Shown here piece after piece: positions 28,134 to 39,900 of a DNA stretch of 64,000 bases. The notes below the pieces were generated by a model. The model saw only the letters and a program-made list of their open reading frames with translations. It was not told where the DNA came from and did not search any database. Source of the stretch: Yuukianura sp. NJ FZ-2021 (lineage: Eukaryota); assembly GCA_046563655.1 (NCBI GenBank), contig JAJCTO010000009.1, forward strand, positions 682,001 through 746,000, given 5' to 3'. The translations under genes were made by a program, and so were the position numbers. Position 1 is the stretch's first letter; every line of letters begins with the position of its first letter.

Positions 28134-31100
28134 CTACTCTGGCTCGAGTAATTTCACAATTTTGACAATTGGACGAAGTAACACATGATCTTTCACTTTG
28201 GATTTTCCTTTCTTGTCGATTTCAGTGGTCTTGTAGATTACTTCCACTGATCGTACCAAATTGTCATCTCCAGGGAATGTTTTGGCGATTCTGGCTAGTT
28301 TCCACTTCAACGGTGGAGTGTCATCGTCTTTGATTAGAACAAGATCGCCAGTCTTCACATTTTCGGATTCGTTTCGCCATTTGTTACGCTGCTGAAGAAG
28401 GTTGAGATACTCTTTCTTCCAGCGATTCCAGAAATGTTCCGACATCTGTTGAACTCGTTGCCACCTTGAGAGTCGGTTTTCTTTAATTTCAGCCAAACTA
28501 GGCTCTGGAATGGCGAGTAGTGGCTTCCCGATGAGAAAGTGGCCTGGAGTCAGCGCTTCAACGTCATCTGGGTCACGAGATTTCGCACAAATCGGCCTGG
28601 AGTTGAGCACTGCTTCCACCATGGTCAGGAGCGTGTAGAATTCCTCCAGTGTCAAAGTAGTCGATCCAACCACTCTCCTGAGGTGGTATTTGGCCGACTT
28701 GACTCCTGATTCCCATAGTCCACCCATGTGAGGCGCATCAGGAGGAATAAATTTCCACTGTATTCCTGAAACACATAAAAAATCAACGACTTTAGTGTCA
28801 TGAATTATTTTTAGCCACTCTGCCATTTCATTAGCAGCGCCCACAAAGTTTTTGCCATTGTCAGAATGAATGACAGACACAAGTCCTCTCCTGGAAATGA
28901 ATCTTTTAAGGGTGGCAATGAACGCTGCAGTGGTCAAATCAGTTACGGGTTCCAAATGGATTGCCCGTGTTGCAAAGCAGACAAACACACAAAAGTAGCC
29001 ATCAAATTGTCGCTTGCCACGCCCGTATTTTTCCTGCAGCTTAATGGGGCCAGCGTAGTCAACACCACAATTGGTAAATGGCGGAGACGGAGTCACTCTC
29101 GCCTTTGGTAATGCTCCCATCAGTTGTTCACTGGCTTTGGCTCTGAGTCGTTTGCATTTCAGGCAGTCTCTGACCACCTGACGAATTGTGACTCGGGCTC
29201 TCACGATCCAAAATCGTTTGGACAAGTTTGCCCACAACAATTGGTAATTGGCATGAAGATAAAAAAGATGGAAATACCTTACCATGATTTTGGTGAAATG
29301 ATTTTGACCTGATAATATGATGGGGTGGCACTGGTCACTTGGTAGGTCTGACTTTTGGAGTCTACCTCCAACACGCATGACTCCATGACTGTCCAGGAAT
29401 GGATTTAGTGATTCCAGTGCACTTCCCTTGTCAACTCGATTATTCTTCTGTAACGCCACTATGTCATCATTGTAGTCGTCTTCTTGCGCTACTTTGATGC
29501 AGATGAGGAGGGCTCTGTCCGTTTCTTCAACTGATAAATCACCAGTCAGCCTCTCCCCCTGTTTAAAATTCCTGGAATTTGAAACAAATCTCATGGCATA
29601 TGCCACGGCACGGTTAAGCCTCATAAAATTGGAAAAACGTTTCATCATGTCACGATCAATTAATGTCAGATTCACCTTTACCTTACGTAGCTCGAGGAGT
29701 TCAGAGGGCTCACTTACTTTCCCTTCTGACTCAAACACTGGTAAATCTGCATTTTTTAGCCACTCTGGGCCACACCACCACAATTTAGAACTTACGAGTT
29801 CCTGAGCAGAAATTCCACGAGTACCAAGGTCAGCTGGATTGTCCACTCCAGGAACGAAATTCCACGAACTGACTGGAAGTACCTCTTGGATTTCTGAAAT
29901 GCGATTAGCAACAAAAGTCACAAACTTACGGGACGTGTTCCGTAGCCACTTGAGGACTGTCTCGCTGTCAGTCCATGTCATGATTGGGCAGTTGAGACGA
30001 GTGGCTTCCATCACTTTTGGAATCAATTTGGAAAGAAGTAGAGCACCACACAACTCAAGTCGTGGTAGGCTGATCTGCTTCATGGGAGCCACTTTCGTCT
30101 TTGCTGCGACAATGTTCGTCGTGATGTGACCATTCCTCGGAATTAATCGAACGTACACGACTGCACAGTAGGCAAGTTCCGAGGCATCAGAAAATCCGTG
30201 AATTTCGATGATTCCTGGAACTCCTGAGAACAAACACCTTGGAACAGTTAGACTTTTAATATCCTGGACACTTTTGACATAATCATGCCATTGTCCTGCC
30301 AGGTCAGGTGGAATCTCATCGTCCCAAGTGAGAATTCCATTTTCTTTTCCTTGAACTGGTGACCACAAGACCTGAAAATAGACTTTGATTTTAACAGTTA
30401 GGGGGGACAAAAAACCAAGTGGGTCAAAAACCTTGGACATCGTCGACAAGACTGTCCTCTTTGTGACCACGCCCACTGGTTTTGGAGTGTAACCCTTGAA
30501 GTGAAAGTAATCACCTCCACTGTCCCAACAAACACCTAGAACTCTGTCAAAATCTGCATCGCATGTAATTACGTCATTTTTACCACGGTTTACCTTAGGA
30601 ATGGACTTTAGAACCTCTTTCGAATTCGAGTCCCACTTCGTAATTTCAAGGCAACCACGACGTAAAAGTCCTTCTAGCTCCGTCACGAGTTGGTTAGCCT
30701 CTTGGACACTGTTGGCTCCTCCCATCAAGTCGTCCACGTAGAAATTTGACTTTAGAACCTCAGCAGCCATGGGAAATTTAGCCTTCTCGTCTTCTGCGAG
30801 TTGCTGGAGGCATCTGACGGCATGGAATGGGGCGGAGCTTGTGCCGTACGTCACTGTCGTTAGTTGAAATTCACCAATATCATCACTTGGTGAGTCACGC
30901 CAGAGAATCCGTTGTTTCTTCTGGTCATTTTTGTCCACTAGGAATTGACGGTACATTTTCACAATGTCCGCCTTAAGTGCAATTTGATTGGTCCTAAAAA
31001 ACAACAAATGAGAAAATATATCAGGTTGGATAGTAGGACCCACTAACAAACACTCATTTAAAGACACATTATTCGAAGTTTTCGCAGAACCATCAAAAAC

Positions 31101-33365
31101 CACTCGTAGTTTGGTAGTGGTACTTGTGTCTTTTAACACAAAGTGATGAGGCAGATAGTTTGTCACTCCAATGACCTCACCCTCCTCTGACTTGGTCACT
31201 CGACTCATGTGGCCAAGTTCTTGGTATTTTGACATGAATTGATGGTACTCGTCTTTGTGTTGAGGGAATTTTAGTAATCGTTTCTCGATACCCATCAACC
31301 TGCTCATGGCCATGTCACGTGACGAGCCCAATTTGACACAATCAGTTTTGAATGGTAGTTTGACCACGTACCGGCCACTCTCAGTCCTGGAGTGGTTTGA
31401 CACAAAATGTTGTTCTGCCAGTGCCTCCTCCTTAGTGTACACCGGCCGAATTGGGACACTCTCAAGTTCCCAAAATTTTTTCACATATGACTCACACACA
31501 GAAGTACAAAAATTGACACTTACGTTTTTTGTAGTGCTTACCGGGCCAGATATGACCCACCCAAACTCAGTTTCCTCAGCGATGGGAAGACTAAGGTCAC
31601 TTTGTACCTTCTTTCCAGTCTTCAAACGGGCCACAAATTCACTGCCAAGTAGAATGTCCACGTCACTGGGCTGAAGATATGCAGGATCTGCCAGTTGCAA
31701 ATTTTTTAAGTGTGGCCAATCAGTGTTTTGGACAAGAAACGAGGGCAGAGTACCTGTAACTTTGTTCAAGACTAGAGCACAAACATTAATTTCAAAATCA
31801 TTTAGTCTTGATTTTACACAAAAATTGGTTTCCCCCAACGCTCTTTCGACCTTGGTTCCTGAAATGCCTGTAATAGTTACATTAGCACGGTGCTTTTTCA
31901 ACCCCAATTTTTTGACACACGAATTCGAAATGAAGTTGGACTCAGAACCTTGGTCCAACAGAACACGACAATTTTGGTAATCACCAAATGAGTCCATGAC
32001 ACTCACCACAGCGGTAGCCAAAATCACACGAGTACTAGAACAGTACAGTGCTGTGGTTGAAGTGGAAGGTTTCTCCTCTTTTGTGTCCACGGGTTGAGCC
32101 TTTGGTTTTCGGTCGTAGTGGAGCAGTGTGTTATGTCGTTTTTGACATTTCGAACATTTAAATTTCGAAGTACACTTGCTCTCACCATGGCCACCCCTGA
32201 GGCAACAGAAACACAAATTTTTAGATTTTACCAATTTCTCACGTTCGTCGACTGCCATGGCGTTGAATTGGTCACATTTGAACAATGAATGTTCTCCGGC
32301 ACATTTTGGACATGGAACCTTGGAGGACGATTGGTGAGACTTCTTCTCAGTGGGTTTTTCAGCGGTCTTTTTCTCACTGTGGCCCGATTTTTCTGAGCCA
32401 ACATTTAACCCACGAAGATGGTCTTCCAGAAAGTCCTTGACCTCGCTGAACTTCGGCATCTGCGTACCTTTGAAGTGGCGGGTCCACTCACGTTTGGTTT
32501 CACTGGAGACTTTCTCTAAAATCAAAAAAATGAGAAAAGAGTCCCACTTGTCCACAGGCTCCTTCAACACCTGAAGTGACCTGATGGACTGGTTAAACAC
32601 GTCAAGCAACTTTCTCAGTGCCTGAGCGGACTCATTTTGAATTGGTTTAAAATGAACAATGTTTTTCAAAAATGAAAACACAATTTGTCGCGGGTTTTCA
32701 CACCGCTCTTTGAGGCTGTCCCATGCCTCCTCAAAAGTCCCATTGCTCAAATCGAAGTACTTGAGCGCGTCTTCAGCCTCACCCTTCAGCGTAGGTTGAA
32801 GATAGCCCAACTTCTGGCTTCCAGTCAAGTCGGGATTGTTAACAATGTACGTCATGATTAAGTCCTTGTAGGAAAGCCAGTCTTCGTATTTGCCGTTAAA
32901 AGTTGGAAGTTCCAGCTTCGGCATGTTTACTTTCATTTTTCCTGATGTTGAGCCTCCAATCACATGGGACTCAAAAGAAATTAATTTTAGATTAATTGCA
33001 TCAAGAAATTTGTCACACACATTTAATTGCGCAGCCTGCGCGCGTATTTGCGTTTCGTCGTCGCAGTTCATGTACACATCGCTGCGCAATTCACTTAGCC
33101 TTGTTTCGAAACCCTCAAGTTTCTTCCTTTCCATAGCCATCCTGGGCTTGGATACAAGGGTGGGAGTTGTGCTGTACTCCTCCACTTTTTGCTGAAAATA
33201 CTGGAGGTCAAAGTTGAAACCTCTTATGGCTTTTACCATCCTCTGCATGTTTTCAGACTCCACCACAGGCAATGACACGCTCAGCGAAGATTTGGAGCCA
33301 GTCGGCTTGACCTGACCTTGACCTTTTGCTGCAGCCGCCTTACTCTCTTGTTCTTGGTCAGACAT
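28134..33365 (-). CDS. BEL/Pao gag-pol polyprotein (1743 aa from the first ATG; the ORF track starts it at TTG 33401)
   Basis: Uninterrupted ORF; first ATG in GCCATG context. Gag DUF1759-like PKLELPTFNG..W. Three zinc knuckles CPKCAGEHSLFKC, CFCCLRGGHGESKC, CSKCQKRHNTLLH (about 32120-32315). Aspartic protease LLDQGS (about 31944-31961). RT motifs YLPHH, KLRVVFDGS, ADIVKMYRQ, YGTSSAP and YVDD (30729-30740). RNase H/Pao region FDPLG, HGFSDAS, PRLELCGA, WTDS, NPADLGTRG. Integrase HHCC plus DYAGP, HSDNG, GGLWE. C-terminal LTPGHFLIG and FWNRWKKEYL. No env ORF. Confidence 0.96.
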   Translation of the reverse strand: MSDQEQESKAAAAKGQGQVKPTGSKSSLSVSLPVVESENMQRMVKAIRGFNFDLQYFQQKVEEYSTTPTLVSKPRMAMERKKLEGFETRLSELRSDVYMNCDDETQIRAQAAQLNVCDKFLDAINLKLISFESHVIGGSTSGKMKVNMPKLELPTFNGKYEDWLSYKDLIMTYIVNNPDLTGSQKLGYLQPTLKGEAEDALKYFDLSNGTFEEAWDSLKERCENPRQIVFSFLKNIVHFKPIQNESAQALRKLLDVFNQSIRSLQVLKEPVDKWDSFLIFLILEKVSSETKREWTRHFKGTQMPKFSEVKDFLEDHLRGLNVGSEKSGHSEKKTAEKPTEKKSHQSSSKVPCPKCAGEHSLFKCDQFNAMAVDEREKLVKSKNLCFCCLRGGHGESKCTSKFKCSKCQKRHNTLLHYDRKPKAQPVDTKEEKPSTSTTALYCSSTRVILATAVVSVMDSFGDYQNCRVLLDQGSESNFISNSCVKKLGLKKHRANVTITGISGTKVERALGETNFCVKSRLNDFEINVCALVLNKVTGTLPSFLVQNTDWPHLKNLQLADPAYLQPSDVDILLGSEFVARLKTGKKVQSDLSLPIAEETEFGWVISGPVSTTKNVSVNFCTSVCESYVKKFWELESVPIRPVYTKEEALAEQHFVSNHSRTESGRYVVKLPFKTDCVKLGSSRDMAMSRLMGIEKRLLKFPQHKDEYHQFMSKYQELGHMSRVTKSEEGEVIGVTNYLPHHFVLKDTSTTTKLRVVFDGSAKTSNNVSLNECLLVGPTIQPDIFSHLLFFRTNQIALKADIVKMYRQFLVDKNDQKKQRILWRDSPSDDIGEFQLTTVTYGTSSAPFHAVRCLQQLAEDEKAKFPMAAEVLKSNFYVDDLMGGANSVQEANQLVTELEGLLRRGCLEITKWDSNSKEVLKSIPKVNRGKNDVITCDADFDRVLGVCWDSGGDYFHFKGYTPKPVGVVTKRTVLSTMSKVFDPLGFLSPLTVKIKVYFQVLWSPVQGKENGILTWDDEIPPDLAGQWHDYVKSVQDIKSLTVPRCLFSGVPGIIEIHGFSDASELAYCAVVYVRLIPRNGHITTNIVAAKTKVAPMKQISLPRLELCGALLLSKLIPKVMEATRLNCPIMTWTDSETVLKWLRNTSRKFVTFVANRISEIQEVLPVSSWNFVPGVDNPADLGTRGISAQELVSSKLWWCGPEWLKNADLPVFESEGKVSEPSELLELRKVKVNLTLIDRDMMKRFSNFMRLNRAVAYAMRFVSNSRNFKQGERLTGDLSVEETDRALLICIKVAQEDDYNDDIVALQKNNRVDKGSALESLNPFLDSHGVMRVGGRLQKSDLPSDQCHPIILSGQNHFTKIMVRYFHLFYLHANYQLLWANLSKRFWIVRARVTIRQVVRDCLKCKRLRAKASEQLMGALPKARVTPSPPFTNCGVDYAGPIKLQEKYGRGKRQFDGYFCVFVCFATRAIHLEPVTDLTTAAFIATLKRFISRRGLVSVIHSDNGKNFVGAANEMAEWLKIIHDTKVVDFLCVSGIQWKFIPPDAPHMGGLWESGVKSAKYHLRRVVGSTTLTLEEFYTLLTMVEAVLNSRPICAKSRDPDDVEALTPGHFLIGKPLLAIPEPSLAEIKENRLSRWQRVQQMSEHFWNRWKKEYLNLLQQRNKWRNESENVKTGDLVLIKDDDTPPLKWKLARIAKTFPGDDNLVRSVEVIYKTTEIDKKGKSKVKDHVLLRPIVKIVKLLEPE

Positions 33366-33665
33366 GGCCAAAGACGATTCTCTGGCTTTCTTCCTGGTCA
33401 ACAGTTTGTCAACTTTGATTAATTTTACTCAAAAAGAGCCACACACGTTAAGTTAGACAATGACTGTTGCCAGTAAACACAATGACATGACCAAAGATTC
33501 AAGATTACACACACAATTGACACAATTTTAGACAATGATCAACATACTTGTTGAATTGACACCTTTTAACTCACCTCTGTTAACTGCTACTTAGTTGAAA
33601 CCGATTACCAATTATCCGCATGCTTCATCCTTTGTTGATTGGTGGTTCGTTGTCTTGTCGACGCA

Positions 33666-33683
33666 ACCAGGCTTTCGGCACCA
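33666..33683 (-). promoter_or_regulatory. Primer-binding site, tRNA-Phe-like
   Basis: Minus strand TGGTGCCGAAAGCCTGGT directly after the 5' LTR. The complement of the metazoan tRNA-Phe(GAA) 3' end, recalled as TGGTGCCGAAACCCGGGA, matches the first 11 nt exactly and 15/18 overall. Confidence 0.8.
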
Positions 33684-33971
33684 TGAAGTGATTTGGGTGG
33701 TAGAGCGGATGTTGGATTTTTGTATTTTTATTATAAAACGTTAATACTTCCAATCTTTTTACATTAATTACAAAAGTTAATTGATAATTGAAAGAAAGTG
33801 CAGACCATGCTGCTTCCCAATCAGAATTAGAAGTGAAGTGGGCAGTTCCTCTGCTCATCTTCTTCGAAACCACACTTTTTTTCACACTTAAAGCTATACC
33901 TATAGCTAACACTTTTCGACAATTTGAAATTGGCGCTTCCCTGTTGAGAAGCGTCTCAAAATGCCAAAACA
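33684..33971 (-). repeat. 5' LTR (288 bp)
   Basis: Direct repeat of 27366-27653. On the minus strand it is followed immediately by the PBS. Confidence 0.96.
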
Positions 33972-36900
33972 CTGTCATTTAGGTTTAACTAATGTGTGAA
34001 CAATACAACGAAATTTTAAACATACTGAAAAATGGAATTTATGCCTTGTTATCGCTTATAACCATCTTCATGGAACGCATCTAATACCGGTCCACTTTGT
34101 CGTAGTGCATCAACGACTATTACACACGTTGAACCACTTGTTGTCAGCCTTCATCTTTGAGCTCAAAGGAGAAGTGCCGGTGAAATGACAAGCTCGCCCT
34201 CACTACAAATACCAACCAGTACTCATTTTGACACCATGATACACAATGACTCCGACGGCAATGGAACTTCAGGGGATCCCATTATTACATTTTCAAAATC
34301 AAAATCGAACATTCCGCATTATTTGTTATTTTGATTAAAATTGTTAGGAAAGACTTTTTTATGTCATACTACCACCTTGCACTTCCAACAAAACACACCT
34401 GAATAACTGGTGTTCAACAATAATCTGGAATTATATTTTAGCTCAGCTCCACTATGCAACAAGTGCATAAATCTAACTGTCATTTTGGTATAAACTAATG
34501 TGGGAACTATACAACGAAGTTTTAAACATACTGAAAAATGGAATTTATGCCTTGTTATTGCTTATAACGATCTTCATGGAACGCATCTAATACCGGTCCA
34601 CTTTGTTGTAGTTCATCAACGACTATTACACACGGTGAACCACTTGTTGTCAACCTTCATCTTTGGGCACAAAGGAGAAGTGCCGGTGAAATGACAAGCT
34701 CGCCCTCACTGCAGATACCAACCAGTACTCATTTTGACACCATGATACACAATGACTCCGACGGCAATGGAACTTCAGGGGATCCCATTATTACATTTTC
34801 AAAATCAAAATCGAACATTCCGCATTATTTGTTATTTTGATTAAAATTGTTAGGAAAGACTTTTTTATGTCATACTACCACCTTGCACTTGCAATAAAGC
34901 ACACCTGAATAACTGGTGTTCAACAATAATCTGGAATTATATTTTAGCCCAACTCCACCTTGCAACAAGTGCATAAATCTAACTGTCATTTTGGTATAAA
35001 CTAATGTGGGAACTATACAACGAAGTTTTAAACATACTGAAAAATGGAATTTATGCCTTGTTATCGCTTATAACCATCTTCATGGAACGCATCTAATACC
35101 GGTCCACTTTGTCGTAGTGCATCAACGACTATTACACACGTTGAACCACTTGTTGTCAGCCTTCATCTTTGAGCTCAAAGGAGAAGTGCCGGTGAAATGA
35201 CAAGCTCGCCCTCACTACAAATACCAACCAGTACTCATTTTGACACCATGATACACAATGACTCCGACGGCAATGGAACTTCAGGGGATCCCATTATTAC
35301 ATTTTCAAAATCAAAATCGAACATTCCGCATTATTTGTTATTTTGATTAAAATTGTTAGGAAAGACTTTTTTATGTCATACTACCACCTTGCACTTCCAA
35401 CAAAACACACCTGAATAACTGGTGTTCAACAATAATCTGGAATTATATTTTAGCTCAGCTCCACTATGCAACAAGTGCATAAATCTAACTGTCATTTTGG
35501 TATAAACTAATGTAGGAACTATACAACGAAGTTTTAAACATATTGAAAAATGGAATTTATGCCTTGTTATCGCTTATAACGATCTTCATGGAACGCATCT
35601 AATACCGGTCCACTTTGTTGTAGTGCATCAACGACTATTACACACGGTGAACCACTTGTTGTCAACCTTCATCTTTGGGCACAAAGGAGAAGTGCCGGTG
35701 AAATGACAAGCTCGCCCTCACTGCAGATACCAACCAGTACTCATTTTGACACTATGAATCACAATGACTCAGACGGCAACTGAACTTCAGGGAAATCCCA
35801 TTATTAAGTTTTCTAAATCAAAATCGAACATTCAGCATTAATTGTTATTTTGATTAAAAGTTTTAGGAAATACTTTTTTATGTCATACTTCCAATAAAGC
35901 ACACCTGAAGTAACTGGTGTTCAACAATAATCTGGAATTATATTTTAGCCCAACTCCACTATGCAACAAAACAAATGCATTAATCTAACCGTCATTTTAG
36001 GTTTAACTAATGTGTGAACAATACAACGAAATTTTAAACATACTGAAAAATGGAATTTATGCCTTGTTATCGCTTATAACCATCTTCATGGAACGCATCT
36101 AATACCGGTCCACTTTGTCGTAGTGCATCAACGACTATTACACACGGTGAACCACTTGTTGTCAGCCTTCATCTTTGAGCTCAAAGGAGAAGTGCCGGTG
36201 AAATGACAAGCTCGCCCTCACTACAGATACCAACCGGTACTCATTTTGACACTGTGAATCACAATGACTCAGACGGCAACTGAAGTTCAGGGGAAATCCC
36301 ATTATTACATTTTCTAAATGAAAATCGAACATTCAGCATTATTTGTTATTTTGATTAAAATTTTTAGAAAATACTTTTTTATGTCATACTACCACCTTGC
36401 ACTTCCGATAAAGCACACCTGAATAACTGGTGCTCAACACTAATCTGGAATTATATTTTAGCCCAACTCCACTATGCAACAAGTGCATAAATCTAACTGT
36501 CATTTTGGTATAAACTAATGTGGGAACTATACAACGAAGTTTTAAACATACCGAAAAATGGAATTTATGCCTTGTTATCGCTTCATAACCATGTTCATGG
36601 AAACGCATCTAATACCGGTCCACTTTGTCGTAGTGCATCAACGACTATTACACACGGTGAACCACTTGTTGTCAGCCTTCACATTTGAGCTCAAAGGAGA
36701 AGTGCCGGTGAAATGACAAGCTCGCCCTCACTACAAATACCAACCAGTACTCATTTTGACACCATGAATCACAATGACTCCGACGGCAATTTAGCTTCAG
36801 GGGATCCCATTATTACATTTTCTAAATCAAAATCGAACATTCCGCAGTTTTTGTTATTTTGATTTAAATTGTTAGGAAAGACTTTTTATGTCATACTACC

Positions 36901-39900
36901 ACCTTGCACTTTCAATAAAGCACACCTCAGTAACTGATGTTCAACAATAATCTGGAATTATATTTTACTCCAACTCCACTATGCAACAAATGCATTAATC
37001 TAACCGTCATTTAGGTTTAACTAATGTGTGAACAATACAACGAAATTTTAAACATACTGAAAAATGGAATTTATGCCTTGTTATCGCTTATAACCATCTT
37101 CATGGAACGCATCTAATACCGGTCCACTTTGTCGTAGTGCATCAACGACTATTACACACGGTGAACCACTTGTTGTCAGCCTTCATCTTTGAGCACAAAG
37201 GAGAAGTGCCGGTGAAATGACAAGCTCGCCCTCACTACAGATACCAACCAGTACTCATTTTGACACTATGAATCACAATGACTCAGACGGCAACTGAACT
37301 TCAGGGGAAATCACATTATTACATTTTCTAAATCAAAATCGAACATTCCGCAGTTTTTGTTATTTTGATTTAAAATTGTTAGGAAAGACTTTTTATGTCA
37401 TACTACCACCTTGCACTTTCAATAAAGCACACCTCAGTAACTGATGTTCAACAATAATCTGGAATTATATTTTACCCCAACTCCACTATGCAACAAATGC
37501 ATTAATCTAACCGTCATTTAGGTTTAACTAATGTGTGAACAATACAACGAAATTTTAAACATACTGAAAAATGGAATTTATGCCTTGTTATCGCTTATAA
37601 CCATCTTCATGGAACGCATCTAATACCGGTCCACTTTGTCGTAGTGCATCAACGACTATTACACACGGTGAACCACTTGTTGTCAGCCTTCATCTTTGAG
37701 CACAAAGGAGAAGTGCCGGTGAAATGACAAGCTCGCCCTCACTGCAGATACCAACCAGTACTCATTTTGACACTATGAATCACAATGACTCAGACGGCAA
37801 CTGAACTTCAGGGGAAATCACATTATTACATTTTCTAAATCAAAATCGAACATTCCGCAGTGTTTGTTATTTTGATTAAAATTGTTAGGAAAGACTTTTT
37901 TATGTCATACTACCACCTTGCACTTTCAATAAAGCACACCTGAGTAACTGATGTTCAACAATAATCTGGAATTATATTTTACCCCAACTCCACTATGCAA
38001 CAAATGCATTAATCTAACCGTCATTTAGGTTTAACTAATGTGTGAACAATACAACGAAATTTTAAACATACTGAAAAATGGAATTTATGCCTTGTTATCG
38101 TTTATAACCATCTTCATGGAACGCATCTAATACCGGTCCACTTTGTTGTAGTGCATCAACGACTATTACACACGGTGAACCACTTGTTGTCAGCCTTCAT
38201 CTTTGAGCTCAAAGGAGAAGTGCCGGTGAAATGACAAGCGCGACCTCACTACAGATACCAACCAGTACTCATTTTGACACTATGAATCACAATGACTCAG
38301 ACGGCAACTGAACTTCAGGGGAAATCACATTATTACATTTTCTAAATCAAAATCGAACATTCCGCAGTGTTTGTTATTTTGATTAAAATTGTTAGGAAAG
38401 ACTTTTTTATGTCATACTACCACCTTGCACTTTCAATAAAGCACACCTGAGTAACTGATGTTCAACAATAATCTGGAATTTATTTTAGCCCAACTCCAGT
38501 ATGCAACAAGTGCATAAATCTAACCGTCATTTTGGTATAAACTAATGTGGGAACTATACAACGAAATTTTAAACATACTGAAAAATGGAATTTATGCCTT
38601 GTTATCGCTTCATAACCATGTTCATGGAAACGCATCTAATACCGGTTCACTTTGTCGTAGTGCATCAACGACTATTACACACGGTGAACCACTTGTTGTC
38701 AGCCTTCATCTTTGAGCTCAAAGGAGAAGTGCCGGTGAAATGACAAGCTCGCCCTCACTACAAATACCAACCAGTACTCATTTTGACACCATGAATCACA
38801 ATGACTCCGACGGCAATTTAACTTCAGGGGATCCCATTATTACATTTTCTAAATCAAAATCGAACATTCCGCATTATTTGTTATTTTGATTAAAATTGTT
38901 AGGAAAGACATTTTTATGTCATACTACCACCTTGCACTTCCAATAAAGCACACCTGAATAACTGGTGTTCAACAATAATCTGGAATTATATTTTAGCCTA
39001 ACTCCACTATGCAACAAATGCATTAATCTAACCGTCATTTTAGGTTTAACTAATGTGTGAACAATACAACGAAATTTTAAACATACTGAAAAATGGAATT
39101 TATGCCTTGTTATCGCTTATAACCATCTTCATGGAACGCATCTAATACCGGTCCACTTTGTCGTAGTGCATCAACGACTATTACACACGGTGAACCACTT
39201 GTTGTCAGCCTTCATCTTTGAGCACAAAGGAGAAGTGCCGGTGAAATGACAAGCTCGCCCTCACTACAGATACCAACCAGTACTCATTTTGACACTATGA
39301 ATCACAATGACTCAGACGGCAACTGAACTTCAGGGGAAATCACATTATTACATTTTCTAAATCAAAATCGAACATTCCGCAGTGTTTGTTATTTTGATTA
39401 AAATTGTTAGGAAAGACTTTTTTATGTCATACTACCACCTTGCACTTTCAATAAAGCACACCTGAGTAACTGATGTTCAACAATAATCTGGAATTATATT
39501 TTACCCCAACTCCACTATGCAACAAATGCATTAATCTAACCGTCATTTAGGTTTAACTAATGTGTGAACAATACAACGAAATTTTAAACATACTGAAAAA
39601 TGGAATTTATGCCTTGTTATCGCTTATAACCATCTTCATGGAACGCATCTAATACCGGTCCACTTTGTCGTAGTGCATCAACGACTATTACACACGGTGA
39701 ACCACTTGTTGTCAGCCTTCATCTTTGGGCACAAAGGAGAAGTGCCGGTGAAATGACAAGCTCGCCCTCACTACAGATACCAACCAGTACTCATTTTGAC
39801 ACTATGAATCACAATGACTCAGACGGCAACTGAACTTCAGGGAAATCACATTATTACATTTTCTAAATCAAAATCGAACATTCCGCAGTGTTTGTTATTT

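Larger units (their letters stand above)
27366..33971 (-). mobile_element. Full-length BEL/Pao (Belpaoviridae) LTR retrotransposon, 6606 bp
   Basis: TG...CA termini, two 288-bp direct repeats, 5-bp TSD CTGTC (27361-27365 and 33972-33976), PBS, PPT and a single gag-PR-RT-RH-IN ORF with BEL/Pao-type motifs. Confidence 0.97.

Noticed and set aside
28866..33195. Plus-strand ORFs and the small alternative-frame ORF inside the retrotransposon
   Set aside because: These are antisense or alternative-frame shadows of the gag-pol ORF.
33625..33982. ORFs spanning the 5' LTR (117 aa minus, 64 aa plus)
   Set aside because: They are incidental frames in LTR sequence that cross the element boundary and are duplicated only because the LTRs are.
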